DNA of 64,000 nt from Candidatus Brocadiia bacterium. Its GTDB lineage: Bacteria > Planctomycetota > Brocadiia > SM23-32. The stretch lies in NCBI GenBank assembly GCA_046538485.1, contig JBKHIT010000001.1:138261-202260 (forward strand), written 5' to 3'. The position numbers and the translations under genes are program-made. Positions within the stretch are counted from its first letter, which is position 1; every line of letters starts with the position of its first letter. Shown here one piece after another: positions 1-10,163 of this stretch. The notes beneath the pieces are model-generated. The model was not told the origin of the DNA, did not search any database, and saw nothing but the letters and a program-made list of their open reading frames with translations.

Positions 1-429
1 ATGACGCCAATCCCGGTACAAAAAGGCAATATCTTCCTCGTCTGCACACGCTTCACCGATTTCTCTCACCATGTTATGTTTTTGATGTTCACTCGCCAGC
101 AATGTCGTCGTAAACGCATCAAATCCTTCTCCTGCCGCCATGCGAGCCGTTTTTATCAGCCGCATCCGGTAACAGCCGCGACATCGGTTTCCCCCTTCCC
201 AATCCACCTCTTTCAGGAAAGTGCGGAGTCCGTAATCTTCCTCGAACTCGACTTCGACCGGCAACCGATCCTGTAGAACTTTAACAGCTTTCAGACGACG
301 TCGGAACTCGATCAGTGGGTGGATGTTCGGGTTGTAAAAATAGGCTTTTACCTCGTGGGCATCCTCTGTCAGAACCCGCCACGGTCCAATTGTGCAGGGT
401 CCACAACAAATGTGAAGCAGAATGCGCAC
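1..429 (-). CDS. queH: Epoxyqueuosine reductase QueH (DUF208); 3' end runs off the window
   Basis: Not in the ORF track; translated by hand. GTG start at 429 after a GGAG RBS gives MRILLHICCGPC...AYFYNPNIHP...RCRGCYRMRL...FTTTLLASEHQ, the QueH signature motifs. Confidence 0.9.
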   Translation of the reverse strand, partial: MRILLHICCGPCTIGPWRVLTEDAHEVKAYFYNPNIHPLIEFRRRLKAVKVLQDRLPVEVEFEEDYGLRTFLKEVDWEGGNRCRGCYRMRLIKTARMAAGEGFDAFTTTLLASEHQKHNMVREIGEACADEEDIAFLYRDWRH

Positions 430-618
430 AGCTTATCTCCTGACAAAAAATGCGGATTGCTTTTCAGTATAAGGCATTATCAGACGGGGAAACGAGTGGG
501 ACACACGCTCAATCAGGCTGAATCCCCTGGAACTTCTCCGAGCCTCCCTATCGAAGAAGTCTTAAGCGATCATTACTGCTTTCCTCAACACGTGATCTTA
601 ATGTCCCTTTCCCGGGAT

Positions 619-1668
619 TCACCAGAGATTTTCCTGCGGGCCAGTATCGGGTGCTTCGCCGGGGTCCAGATCGAGGTAATCGTATCCGCGTGGCGTGAGT
701 AAACGTCCACGGGAAGTCTTCTCGAGCAGGCCCAACCGAATGAGAAACGGTTCGTAAACGTCCTGGATGGTTTCTTCCTGTTCCCCCACAACCACGGCGA
801 TGGTTTTTAGTCCGATGGGCTTCCCGGCATTCTGCGCGACGGCCAGCAGTATCCGCCGGTCCATTTCACAGAGTCCACTCTGGTCAATACCAAGCCTTTC
901 CAAACCCTCGCGCGCAACGTCTTTCGTAATCTTCTCTTTGCCCTGAGCATGCGCAACGTCACGCACGCGCCGCAGAAATCGGTTTGCGACCCGGGGGGTT
1001 CCTCGTGCGCATGAGGCCAGCAGAGTTGCTCCTGATTCGCTGATTTCAAGCTTTAATTTTTCAGCGCTCTTCAAGATAATATTTTTCAATTCTTCTTCTG
1101 GATAGTAATCAAGCCGTTCGGAGATCTGGAACCGTGATCGGAGCGGAGGTGAGAGCAGGCCCTCGCGTGTGGTCGCCCCGATAAGTGTAAAAGGTTTCAG
1201 TGGAAGTGAAATTGAGCGGCTGTGGGGCCCCGGGTCGATCACAATGGATATTTTGTAATCTTCCATCGCCGTATAGAGATATTCTTCAACACGCGCATCC
1301 ATGCGGTGAACTTCATCGATAAACAGCGCATCCGCTTTTTGAAGATTCGTCAGTATTCCGACCAGATCCCGGGGTTTGCTGAGCGCAGGTCCGCTCGTGG
1401 CACGAATAGAAACGCCCATTTCATTGGCGAGGATATAAGCGAGAGTGGTCTTCCCCAACCCCGGCGGACCGCTCAGAAGAACGTGATCAAGGCTTTCTTC
1501 TCGTGTTCTGGCCCCTTCGATCCACGTCTTGAGATTTTCAACAACTCCTCCCTGTCCGACGAATTCCTTGAAACTCCCCGGCCGCAGGGATGGCTCCACA
1601 ACGCGGTCTTCTTCCTGTGGATAGCCCGAGTATATTGCGTCTTCGTCCATACTCATCGGGTAGGGCAC
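619..1668 (-). CDS. ruvB: Holliday junction branch migration ATPase RuvB
   Basis: SLRP, Walker A GPPGLGKTT, FIDEVHR, GATTR, RGTPRVANR and YEPFL motifs. Confidence 0.98.
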   Translation of the reverse strand: MPYPMSMDEDAIYSGYPQEEDRVVEPSLRPGSFKEFVGQGGVVENLKTWIEGARTREESLDHVLLSGPPGLGKTTLAYILANEMGVSIRATSGPALSKPRDLVGILTNLQKADALFIDEVHRMDARVEEYLYTAMEDYKISIVIDPGPHSRSISLPLKPFTLIGATTREGLLSPPLRSRFQISERLDYYPEEELKNIILKSAEKLKLEISESGATLLASCARGTPRVANRFLRRVRDVAHAQGKEKITKDVAREGLERLGIDQSGLCEMDRRILLAVAQNAGKPIGLKTIAVVVGEQEETIQDVYEPFLIRLGLLEKTSRGRLLTPRGYDYLDLDPGEAPDTGPQENLW

Positions 1669-1683
1669 AATCTCAATTAGGGT

Positions 1684-2262
1684 TTATTCGGCCAGCACCT
1701 CACGCATCAGCTCTTCTTCTCCGGCATCAGGCCCGAGTTTCTCGAGAGCATTTTCGACTATTTTGCGCGCGTTTTTTTCGCTTTCGCCCAGAGATATAAG
1801 GGCCTTCACAACATCCCCCGCTACGGGATTTGCGAGCAGTTGTTCCTGATCTTCGACCTCGGCCAATTCGCCTTTAAGTTCGAGCACGAGCCTCTGGGCC
1901 GTCTTCTTGCCCACCCCTTTCACCATGGAAGCAATCTGTTTAACATCGCCAGCGCCGATCAGAGATTTGAACTCTTCCACGGAGCAACTGCTGAGTACTT
2001 TGAGCGCTACTGAAGGTCCGATCCGCGTCACGTCGAGGAGGCGAACAAAAATCTGTCGTTCGGCTTCTGTGGCAAATCCGAACAGCTTCAATTGGTCTTC
2101 CCGCACGTACAGAAACGTAAAAAGCTGCACATTTTCGCCCGTCGCGGGCAAACCCGAAAAAGTCGAGATAGGCACATTTATGAGGAACCCAACTCCACCG
2201 ACTTTAAGGGTAGCCTCGGTCGGGCTTTTCGAAGCAAGTGTCCCTTCCAGCGTATCAATCAT
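1684..2262 (-). CDS. ruvA: Holliday junction branch migration protein RuvA
   Basis: VGGVG, VRED.LKLFGF, HhH motifs IGP and GVGKKTAQRLVLELK; adjacent to ruvB. Confidence 0.97.
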   Translation of the reverse strand: MIDTLEGTLASKSPTEATLKVGGVGFLINVPISTFSGLPATGENVQLFTFLYVREDQLKLFGFATEAERQIFVRLLDVTRIGPSVALKVLSSCSVEEFKSLIGAGDVKQIASMVKGVGKKTAQRLVLELKGELAEVEDQEQLLANPVAGDVVKALISLGESEKNARKIVENALEKLGPDAGEEELMREVLAE

Positions 2263-2268
2263 ACCGAA

Positions 2269-3597
2269 CTATTCTTCACTCAAGGAAAGCCCGAGTTCGC
2301 TGAGTTTTGTTTTGATCTCTCCCACGCTGGTTCGACCAAAATTTGGAGTTTCAAGCAGCTCTTCTTCCGTATGCTCCACCAGATCACCAACAGTCTCGAT
2401 ATTGAGCTTTTCCATACATTTGCGGCAACGAGTTGAAAGGCTTAAGAACTCCACCGGAGTATCCATTTTTTCCATCATTTCTTCCGTCTGCGTGTCAGCG
2501 CGGCCGGAATCTGCCTCTTCTGCATCGACCGTTTCTTCCCCGAGCGAGAGTCCGTGCCGCGACAACATATCTTTGATTTCCTGGAGACTTGTCTCGCCAA
2601 AATTCTTGAACTCCATCAATTCTTGTTCGGTTTTCCCTGCGAGGTCTTCAAGAGTCTCCGCTCCCAGTTTCTCCAGGACGTGCCGGCTTCTCGCGCTCAA
2701 TTCGATATTCGAAACGGGGAGTTGCAGCAGATTCTCGTGCTTGCGCATACGGCGGCGCCGTTCTTCGTCGATGAACATATTCATGGAAGCCTCGGCATCC
2801 TTCAGGTACATACGCACTCGTTGGTGAGCTGGATCCATCGCGAGAACGCGCTTATAGCAATCGACCGCTTTGTCGAATTCCTGCCTGTCTTCATGAAGCA
2901 CACCCAGATTGACCAGAGCGGCCACGAAAGTTGGTTTGAGGGAGGCGCACTTCTTATAAAGATCTATGGCTCTTTCGTCATCTCCGTTGAGGTCACAGTT
3001 AAGTGCGAGCCGAAACAAACTCTGGCGATGTTCTGGATCCCGCTCTATTGCTTCTTCATACCGTTCCATGGCCTCCCCATAATTCCCCTCTGTCTCCAGC
3101 GTTCGAGCAATACCATAAAGCCAGTCGGGGGCATCGTCGTGCGTCTCGCTGTACTTCTCACATAACTCTCGCGCCTTTTCGCTGTCGCGCTGATGACAAT
3201 AAATATCCGTCAAAATCATATCCGTGACAAGATCATCATCGCCCTGTCTGCCCTTCTCCAGGAATTCGATGGCTTCCTCCATTCGGCCCAAAAGGCGGGC
3301 CACGCGCCCCAGAAAATGCGAGGCTGTTTTGCGAGTCTTTATATCCTGTAGGTGATCGTAGGCTTTTTCGTTCTCACCAAGAGCATGAAAAACAATCCCG
3401 AGTTTCTCGTGAATGTCTCGTGCCTCGTCATCTGAAGCATGCTCAAGCTCGGCAAGCAAACTTCTGGCCGCATCGTGAGTGGCATCAACCGTTTTAAAAG
3501 ACTCGTAGATGCGCTCAAGCAACTCATCGTAGTTTTCACGATTTATCGGTTGTTCCAAAAAATCTTCAGGCTGCATTTTTTCAGTGGTTTCAGGCAT
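2269..3597 (-). CDS. TPR-repeat protein with two C-terminal RNA polymerase alpha-CTD-like domains
   Basis: TPR helices (ALVNLGVLHEDRQEFDKAVDCYKRVLAMDP), then LSARSRHVL...NFGETSLQEIK and LSTRCRKCM...TPNFGRTSVGEIK, both matching the alpha-CTD motif. Confidence 0.88.
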   Translation of the reverse strand: MPETTEKMQPEDFLEQPINRENYDELLERIYESFKTVDATHDAARSLLAELEHASDDEARDIHEKLGIVFHALGENEKAYDHLQDIKTRKTASHFLGRVARLLGRMEEAIEFLEKGRQGDDDLVTDMILTDIYCHQRDSEKARELCEKYSETHDDAPDWLYGIARTLETEGNYGEAMERYEEAIERDPEHRQSLFRLALNCDLNGDDERAIDLYKKCASLKPTFVAALVNLGVLHEDRQEFDKAVDCYKRVLAMDPAHQRVRMYLKDAEASMNMFIDEERRRRMRKHENLLQLPVSNIELSARSRHVLEKLGAETLEDLAGKTEQELMEFKNFGETSLQEIKDMLSRHGLSLGEETVDAEEADSGRADTQTEEMMEKMDTPVEFLSLSTRCRKCMEKLNIETVGDLVEHTEEELLETPNFGRTSVGEIKTKLSELGLSLSEE

Positions 3598-3826
3598 GTT
3601 CCCGGCCGGAAAAAGTGATGGAAAACACCAGGGCGAAAGTCGAGAGTATAATGAAGCGATTCCGTCCGAATCTGTTAGTTCACATTCAAAAATAAACCAG
3701 CTGAAACGCCCGCTTTACCCCTTACCTGGCGGGCAATTGGGACGATTCCGCCTTTTTACAGATCCAGCAAACAGGGAAATTGTCTCGTGAACATCGCTCG
3801 GGCATACTCCCTCTTGTAGTTTTTGG

Positions 3827-3870
3827 AAGTTAGCAGAAAGTTTGACGGCTGTCAAGCTATTTGCTATCGT
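3827..3870. promoter_or_regulatory. Overlapping divergent sigma70-like promoters (TPR-ruvAB side and kdsA side)
   Basis: Plus strand: TTGACG 3842-3847, 17 bp, TGcTATCGT ending 3870. Minus strand: TTGACA 3855-3850, 17 bp, TGcTAACTT ending 3827. Confidence 0.55.
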
Positions 3871-3940
3871 AAGCTTGTTTGATGTGGTCTTTATTCTGGC
3901 CGGTCAGGCGGACAAAAGGTAACCGGCTTAAGGGGTTGTA

Positions 3941-4765
3941 ATGAAAAGAGTTAGAATCACAGAAGAAATAGACGTTGGTGAGGGGTTTCCGCTGCTGATC
4001 ATTGCCGGACCGTGCGCGATCGAATCAAGCGAGCTCTGTCTCCAAATTGCAACGAAAATGCGGGAGATTTGTGGCGAACTGCACCTGCCTTATGTGTTCA
4101 AATCGTCTTTTGACAAAGCCAACCGCACCAGCGCCAGCTCCTTTCGTGGACCCGGTATTGAAGAAGGATTGCGGGTACTTGAAGATGTCCAAACACAGCT
4201 CGATATACCGGTTCTCACCGATATTCATTCTCCCCCGCAGGCAGAAATAGCCGCCGAAGTGGTCGATTTGCTGCAGATACCGGCTTTCCTCTCCCGTCAG
4301 ACGGATCTCTTGTTTGCCGCGGCCGAAACAGGTCTCCCTATCAACGTGAAAAAAGGACAGTTCCTGGCTCCCGAAGATATGCAGCATGTGGTCAAAAAAA
4401 TCACCGGACGGGGAAACTCCAAAGTGCTTCTGTGCGAACGAGGAACCTGTTTTGGATACCACAATCTCGTGGTGGATTTCCGCGGTATCCCAAGAATGCA
4501 GGAAATCGGGCAACCCGTCATATTTGACGCCACTCACTCAACTCAAAGACCTGGCGGAGAAGGGGATAAAAGTGGTGGAAACCGTCAAATGGCTCCCGTG
4601 CTGGCCGCTGCTGCGGTCGCTGCCGGGGTGGACGGACTCTTCATTGAAACTCATCCCGACCCCGAAAAAGCTCTCTCCGACGCTTCCACTATGCTTCCGC
4701 TTGAATCAATGCCAGAGCTGCTGAGAAGAGCCCAAAAAATCGCCGAGGTGACGACAAACGCCTGA
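3941..4765 (+). CDS. kdsA: 3-deoxy-8-phosphooctulonate (KDO8P) synthase
   Basis: IAGPCAIES, FKSSFDKANRTS, QIPAFLSRQTDL, NVKKGQF, DATHS and ETHP motifs. Confidence 0.97.
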   Translation: MKRVRITEEIDVGEGFPLLIIAGPCAIESSELCLQIATKMREICGELHLPYVFKSSFDKANRTSASSFRGPGIEEGLRVLEDVQTQLDIPVLTDIHSPPQAEIAAEVVDLLQIPAFLSRQTDLLFAAAETGLPINVKKGQFLAPEDMQHVVKKITGRGNSKVLLCERGTCFGYHNLVVDFRGIPRMQEIGQPVIFDATHSTQRPGGEGDKSGGNRQMAPVLAAAAVAAGVDGLFIETHPDPEKALSDASTMLPLESMPELLRRAQKIAEVTTNA

Positions 4766-4860
4766 TATATCCGAAGCGGCATAGCCGCCTTCGGACCCCC
4801 TGCTGAAGCTTTTGCCATCCCCGAAAAAGAAAGCTTCAAAGATTCTTGAAAGGCATCAAG

Positions 4861-5475
4861 ATGGATCGAATCGGGATCTTTGGCGGATCTTTCAACCCTG
4901 TCCACGTGGGCCACTTGTTGCTGGCCGAACATGCGCGACAAGAAGCCGATCTGAATTCGGTTTTGTTCATCCCTGCTTGCCAGCCTCCCCATAAACGCAC
5001 CGATCGCCTATTGCCAGCCCACCACAGATTGCAAATGTTGAAACTCGCGATAGCAGAAAATCCTTCTTTTGAAATCTCCACCCTTGAACTCGACCGCGAA
5101 GGGCCTTCCTACACACTCATCACTGTGCGAGAACTTAAAGCACATTACCCGGATAAAAAGCCGGTCCTCATTCTGGGCAGTGATAGCATTCTGGATCTTC
5201 CCAATTGGTGGCACGCGAAAGAACTGGTTCAAGAAATTGAACTCCTTGGTATGAATCGTCCCGAACACACACTTGAAAACACAGAAAACCTGGCTGATCG
5301 CTTTGGCGAGGAAATAACCCGACAGCTTCGCGGTTGTATCATTGAGGCCCCGCTCATCCAGATCTCTGCCACTGAAATCCGACACAGAATACAGCAAAAT
5401 AAGTCAGTTCGATACATGGTTCCCGAACAAGTCCGGACCTATATAGAACAACATCAGCTCTACGTGGAAACCTGA
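4861..5475 (+). CDS. nadD: Nicotinate-nucleotide adenylyltransferase
   Basis: GIFGGSFNPVHVGH, PPHK, SYT, GSD and ISATEIR motifs; ATG 4861 preferred over TTG 4846. Confidence 0.95.
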   Translation: MDRIGIFGGSFNPVHVGHLLLAEHARQEADLNSVLFIPACQPPHKRTDRLLPAHHRLQMLKLAIAENPSFEISTLELDREGPSYTLITVRELKAHYPDKKPVLILGSDSILDLPNWWHAKELVQEIELLGMNRPEHTLENTENLADRFGEEITRQLRGCIIEAPLIQISATEIRHRIQQNKSVRYMVPEQVRTYIEQHQLYVET

Positions 5476-5487
5476 ACGTTAAATCGG

Positions 5488-5515
5488 TTGTCAGATTACA
5501 TGCGTTCCCTATAAT
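5488..5515 (+). promoter_or_regulatory. sigma70-like promoter for glyA
   Basis: TTGTCA-16 bp-TATAAT, 43 bp upstream of the ATG. Confidence 0.6.
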
Positions 5516-5558
5516 ATAAGTTCCTTGAAGTTGTGATTATGGTTACGGAGATGCAAGT

Positions 5559-6818
5559 ATGGACGAGACCACGTGTCAGGACTCAGCTTTGAGCGCAACG
5601 GATGCGGCCATGGCAAGCGCCATCGATTCCGAAAGACAGCGGCAGCACGAACAGATTGAACTGATCGCCTCCGAGAACTACTGCAGTAAAGCCGTTCGTG
5701 AAGCGATGGGGTCAGTTCTAACAGATAAATACGCGGAGGGATATCCGGGGGCGCGCTGGTACGGGGGATGCGAGTGGATGGACAAAGTCGAAAAACTCGC
5801 CATCGAAAGGGCGAAAAAACTCTTCGGCGCCGAGCACGCCAACGTCCAACCACATTCGGGAAGTCAGGCAAATATGGCCGTCTACATGGCCGCCGTGCGT
5901 CCGGGAACAAAAATACTTGGTATGTCGCTCGCGCACGGAGGGCACCTTACTCACGGCCATAAAAGCAACTTCAGCGGAGAACTCTATCAGTTTGTAAGCT
6001 ACGGGGTCGATCGAAAAACCGGCATGATCGACTACGATGAAGTGCGACGAATCGCTGAAGAGAATAATCCCGGGCTCATCATCGCCGGAGCAAGCGCTTA
6101 CAGCCGTGCCATAGATTACGAACAGTTCCGCGATATCGCCGACAAAGTCGGTGCTTTCCTCATGGTCGATATGGCACATATCGCCGGCCTGATCGCGGCA
6201 GATCTCCACCCCGATCCGGTCCCCCACGCCGATTTTGTCAGTTCCACAACACACAAAACGCTGCGCGGACCCCGGAGCGGGTTCATCCTGTGCAAAGAAG
6301 AACACGCTCGCCAGGTCGACGCCTCGGTATTCCCGGGAATCCAGGGCGGACCCCTCATGCACGTCGTCGCCGCGAAAGGGGTCGGCTTTCTCGAAGCGAT
6401 GAAACCCGAATTCAAAGAATACCAACAACAGTGTTTGCTCAACTCGCGCGCGATGGCTGAACACTTCATCGAACGGGGCGTCCCGCTTGTGAGCGGGGGA
6501 ACTGATAACCATCTGATGCTCCTTGACCTGAGCAACCGGGATATCACAGGGAAAGAAGTCACGGATACCCTCGCAATCGCCAATATCACAGTCAATAAAA
6601 ATGCTATCCCCTTCGATCCGCGAAACCCGGCCGAAGCAAGCGGTATCAGAATCGGAACACCCGCTATCACGACGCGCGGGATGAAAGAAGATGAAGTCTG
6701 TCAGATAGCAGACTGGATCGTTGATATTCTTACCGCAAGCGACCCGGAAGCGACTGCCCGGAAAGTGCGTGGAAAAACCCAGGAACTTTCTGCCGCTTTC
6801 CCCATTCACGGTTTTTGA
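5559..6818 (+). CDS. glyA: Serine hydroxymethyltransferase
   Basis: [40 protein letters not shown] and the PLP-lysine motif [10 protein letters not shown]. Confidence 0.98.
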   Translation: MDETTCQDSALSATDAAMASAIDSERQRQHEQIELIASENYCSKAVREAMGSVLTDKYAEGYPGARWYGGCEWMDKVEKLAIERAKKLFGAEHANVQPHSGSQANMAVYMAAVRPGTKILGMSLAHGGHLTHGHKSNFSGELYQFVSYGVDRKTGMIDYDEVRRIAEENNPGLIIAGASAYSRAIDYEQFRDIADKVGAFLMVDMAHIAGLIAADLHPDPVPHADFVSSTTHKTLRGPRSGFILCKEEHARQVDASVFPGIQGGPLMHVVAAKGVGFLEAMKPEFKEYQQQCLLNSRAMAEHFIERGVPLVSGGTDNHLMLLDLSNRDITGKEVTDTLAIANITVNKNAIPFDPRNPAEASGIRIGTPAITTRGMKEDEVCQIADWIVDILTASDPEATARKVRGKTQELSAAFPIHGF

Positions 6819-6921
6819 AATACCCTTTCGTCAGCTCAGCCGTCGGGCAGCCCGATAATCCACCTTTAGCCAGTATCTCTCTCAGACGATGGCAGAACTG
6901 TCCCCCGAAAGGTGAAAAAAT

Positions 6922-7914
6922 ATGAACCAAAAACTGAATGTTGCATGTTTCGGAAACAATGGACACCAGATCCTCGGAAAACTTAAAGGCCATCCCAAAG
7001 CCAGACTGGCTGCTGTCGGCAAAATCTCACCCCAACAAGTCGAGAAAAACCTTGGTTCTGAAGCCGCGTCAACAGTAAAGTTCATCGACGATCTGGATTC
7101 GATTATCAACGACGAAGAGATCGACCTGATCTCCCTGTGCTCACCTCGGCGTGACCAGCAATGCGACCACGCAATCGAATGTTTGCTCGGTGGGAAACAC
7201 GTGCTGGCCGAGAAACCGGCCGCTTTCACGATCTCCCAGCTTGACAAACTGCGCGCCGTAGCCGCAGAAAGCTCCACGCATTTCCGACAAATGGGATCCT
7301 GCGGAGAAGAGAAGATTCTCGTCGCCATCCGCGAACTCGTCGACTCCGGCGAGCTGGGAGAAATTGTTCACGTCTTCGCACAAAAGAGTTATCCCTACCA
7401 CGATGGTCGACCGCAAGATCGCGGAATTGATGGTGGATTGATCCGTCAGGCCGGGATCCACGGCGTCCGGTTCATCCAGTGGGCGACGGGGCTGCGGGCA
7501 ACCCGGACCTCAGGAATTGATACAACAACCGGCAACCCCAAAAATGGCCGCCTGCAGATGGCTTCTTCCGTCTCGCTCGAACTTGAAAACGGGGCCGTCG
7601 CCTCACTCCTGTGTAATTACCTCAACCCCAACGGCATCGGCTATTGGGGTAACGACCAGCTGCGCGTATTCGGCACAAAAGGAATGGTGGAAGCAGTCGA
7701 CGGATTCAACCGCTGCCGCATGATCCTGGGGGAACATGATCCTCAACCCATACCGAACATCACGGATGAATTCCCGGATTTTTTCGACACCTATGTCGAC
7801 TTCATCACCAGGGGGACTCCCATGCCCTATTCTCCGGACGATGACCTGTATGCCCTCCAAACCGTGATCCGGAGCCAGGAAGCCGTCGATTCGGGAACCA
7901 TCCTGGATATTTGA
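6922..7914 (+). CDS. Gfo/Idh/MocA family oxidoreductase
   Basis: GKHVLAEKP motif, GELGEI and GG.....IH; N-terminal Rossmann-like segment. Confidence 0.85.
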   Translation: MNQKLNVACFGNNGHQILGKLKGHPKARLAAVGKISPQQVEKNLGSEAASTVKFIDDLDSIINDEEIDLISLCSPRRDQQCDHAIECLLGGKHVLAEKPAAFTISQLDKLRAVAAESSTHFRQMGSCGEEKILVAIRELVDSGELGEIVHVFAQKSYPYHDGRPQDRGIDGGLIRQAGIHGVRFIQWATGLRATRTSGIDTTTGNPKNGRLQMASSVSLELENGAVASLLCNYLNPNGIGYWGNDQLRVFGTKGMVEAVDGFNRCRMILGEHDPQPIPNITDEFPDFFDTYVDFITRGTPMPYSPDDDLYALQTVIRSQEAVDSGTILDI

Positions 7915-7947
7915 AGACACACCAAATTTATTTCCCGGCCCCACCCC

Positions 7948-9195
7948 TTAAAGAATGCCACTCAGATCAGCAACATAGACCCGCCGTGTACCATCGGCAA
8001 AACCGTTGAACGCAATCCGGCGATAATCCCGATCCCAGGCAGGATGCGGATCGACACGCAAAGCAGACTCCCCGCCCTGGTGTGAGGTCTCCGTACGAAT
8101 TCGGATCAAATGTGTCTCCTCGCGTTTTCGCCGATCAATCCAGCGGATTGGAATCGTGCCATCGCCATACGCGACAGGCTCAGTGATGTATGAGTCGGTA
8201 AGAATATGGCGTCCGTCAGGATGAACCGTTGGATGACCGCCGCCCGGAGGATCGTCAAAAAGCTTCCTCACAAAAGACCCATCACACGCCGCCTCGCAGA
8301 ATTTCATCCCGTCTCCGTCCATATTTAGATTGAACGAAATCTTCTGTCCATCCGGGAAGAAATTGCTGTGATGTCCCCCTTTCTCCCAGTACTGCGCTGG
8401 AACGGCATCATGGATATCCGTACCATCGGGGCTAAGAGTCAGCACCTCGAAATGTGTCGGCCACATGGCAAATTCCTCATGCGGGGGCGTATGCCGCAAC
8501 GAAAACATCAGCCGCTGCCCGTCCGGGGTGAATTTACTGTGAAAACCATAAGTTTCGCCTCGCTCGTATTCATCCATATCGATACGATCCGAACATGCTT
8601 CTACTGCCTCTCTGATCGAAATCACCATGTGCATCTCGCCGCTCTCGGTATCGGTCAGATACAACCCATCATCTTCCTTCAATCCCTGATTCCGCGCCAC
8701 CAGTTCGTCCGGAATCATCACACCATATCCCGTTTGAGTCCTCCGCATGGTCGTCATATTGGCTGAAACGAGCCATTTACCATCAGGAGAGGCCTGATAA
8801 ACGCATCCCTCCAGACGCTCCCGTTCCCCGCTGACCAGATCGAATTTGACCGCAAATGGTTCCCACGTCTCCAGGTCTACGTCATTGTAAAACAGGGTCG
8901 AATCGTCGCCGCCCCAGTTCAAATTAGCCCCCATCTGCGGCTCCCACCCGCACGTTGTGTCAATCACGCGTTCTTCCCCATCTTCGAGATCTACCACCAC
9001 GATTTCCCCCATGTCTCCGGGTTCCGGACAACGGTCTTCGAACGGCATACGGAACACCGCCACAGACCGTCCGGATGGACTAAAAGGCGAGGTGTCGAAA
9101 AACCGATGGATACAACGTCGCTCCTCAGGCGTGATGCACCAGACGGGAATTTTCGGATTGTAGTCTGTATATCGCGGGAAATCATCCAGGGCCAT
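7948..9195 (-). CDS. Beta-propeller protein, TolB / oligogalacturonate-lyase-like
   Basis: Repeated SPxG/PDG blade motifs (SPFSPSGR, ASPDGK, FTPDGQ, HPDGR) and RVDPHPAWD; ATG 9195 follows an AAGGAG RBS. Confidence 0.6.
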   Translation of the reverse strand: MALDDFPRYTDYNPKIPVWCITPEERRCIHRFFDTSPFSPSGRSVAVFRMPFEDRCPEPGDMGEIVVVDLEDGEERVIDTTCGWEPQMGANLNWGGDDSTLFYNDVDLETWEPFAVKFDLVSGERERLEGCVYQASPDGKWLVSANMTTMRRTQTGYGVMIPDELVARNQGLKEDDGLYLTDTESGEMHMVISIREAVEACSDRIDMDEYERGETYGFHSKFTPDGQRLMFSLRHTPPHEEFAMWPTHFEVLTLSPDGTDIHDAVPAQYWEKGGHHSNFFPDGQKISFNLNMDGDGMKFCEAACDGSFVRKLFDDPPGGGHPTVHPDGRHILTDSYITEPVAYGDGTIPIRWIDRRKREETHLIRIRTETSHQGGESALRVDPHPAWDRDYRRIAFNGFADGTRRVYVADLSGIL

Positions 9196-9302
9196 TGTGA
9201 ACTCCTTCATGATCCAGTCTGAGTGTCCATTACTTTATAGAATTTCTTTTTTGGCCGAGCAAATCCCATCTCCCCCGGGAAACACGCTGGATTTGCGGCC
9301 AA

Positions 9303-10163
9303 TTACCAGCTTTTGGCCAGAAGAATCAAAATCAACCAGAAGAACCCGAGGAAAATCGCCCAGCCCGTCGCCTTTTTGCCTTCCAGACGTTCCTCGCTTA
9401 CAAAAAGTGTCCGCGCGCACCACCCTCCGAGCAGAAGGCCAACCACAGAGATCGCAATTGAGAACGGCATCGGCAACAAAAGCCCCACCGGTCCGGCCGC
9501 GCTCACCATGAGCGCGTAATCGGCCAGTGGATAGTCTATCGGCCGCCTTTTGGCCGGCCGTTCAGTGGGCTCCACCCGCAGGTCTTGACCGCAATTCTCA
9601 CAGAAATTGTCGTCCGCAAAAACGGTGCGACCACAATGCCAGCATTCGACTTCAACAGAAGGGGCTTCCGCCTCCTCCAGTTCCGTTTCCTCAGGCGGTT
9701 CGGTCCCGATTTGCGTGCGGGAAATCCTTTCCTGCTCCCGCGCCGGAACAGCTTCCTCTTCACGCACCCGGATTATAGCCCCCTCGCCCTGCTCTGTCCC
9801 GGTGGAATCCTCATGCGCGGACGGTAGAGCCTTAGGTGTCTGATTCTGCTCGATCTCTTCGCGGCTGATTGGACGGCCATCCGGCCGGAAGAGTTCCGCC
9901 CCCTCTTTTCCCTTCGAGGTGGCAATTACGGCATTCTCAATATGCAGAACCTGCTGGCGCCTGTCTTCGGAGCGCCCGTCCAGAAACTCGCCGCAGTGTT
10001 TGCATTTAATGGCCTTCGCTTTGATCAATTCCCCGCAGAACGGGCATTCTTTTTGTTTCTCACCCCGAATCGTCATCTTATGACAATACGGGCAACGTGC
10101 GGTATCCACCGGGATAACGTGCCCGCAGTGACGACAATATTTGACCTCGATCCGATCCGGCAT
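9303..10163 (-). CDS. Zinc-ribbon membrane protein
   Basis: Six CxxC pairs (CRHC, CPYC, CPFC, CKHC, CWHC, CENC) and C-terminal hydrophobic helices. Confidence 0.75.
   Translation of the reverse strand: MPDRIEVKYCRHCGHVIPVDTARCPYCHKMTIRGEKQKECPFCGELIKAKAIKCKHCGEFLDGRSEDRRQQVLHIENAVIATSKGKEGAELFRPDGRPISREEIEQNQTPKALPSAHEDSTGTEQGEGAIIRVREEEAVPAREQERISRTQIGTEPPEETELEEAEAPSVEVECWHCGRTVFADDNFCENCGQDLRVEPTERPAKRRPIDYPLADYALMVSAAGPVGLLLPMPFSIAISVVGLLLGGWCARTLFVSEERLEGKKATGWAIFLGFFWLILILLAKSW

Noticed and set aside
430..618. preQ1 riboswitch upstream of queH, or a ZTP/THF riboswitch upstream of glyA
   Set aside because: No recognisable aptamer consensus upstream of queH, and the glyA leader is too short (about 40 nt).
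1..702. Plus-strand ORFs 1..276 and 319..702
   Set aside because: They are antisense to queH and the end of ruvB, which carry clear motifs.
2269..3597. Calling this gene rpoA
   Set aside because: It has no alpha N-terminal dimerisation domain, has TPRs instead, and is not in a ribosomal operon context.
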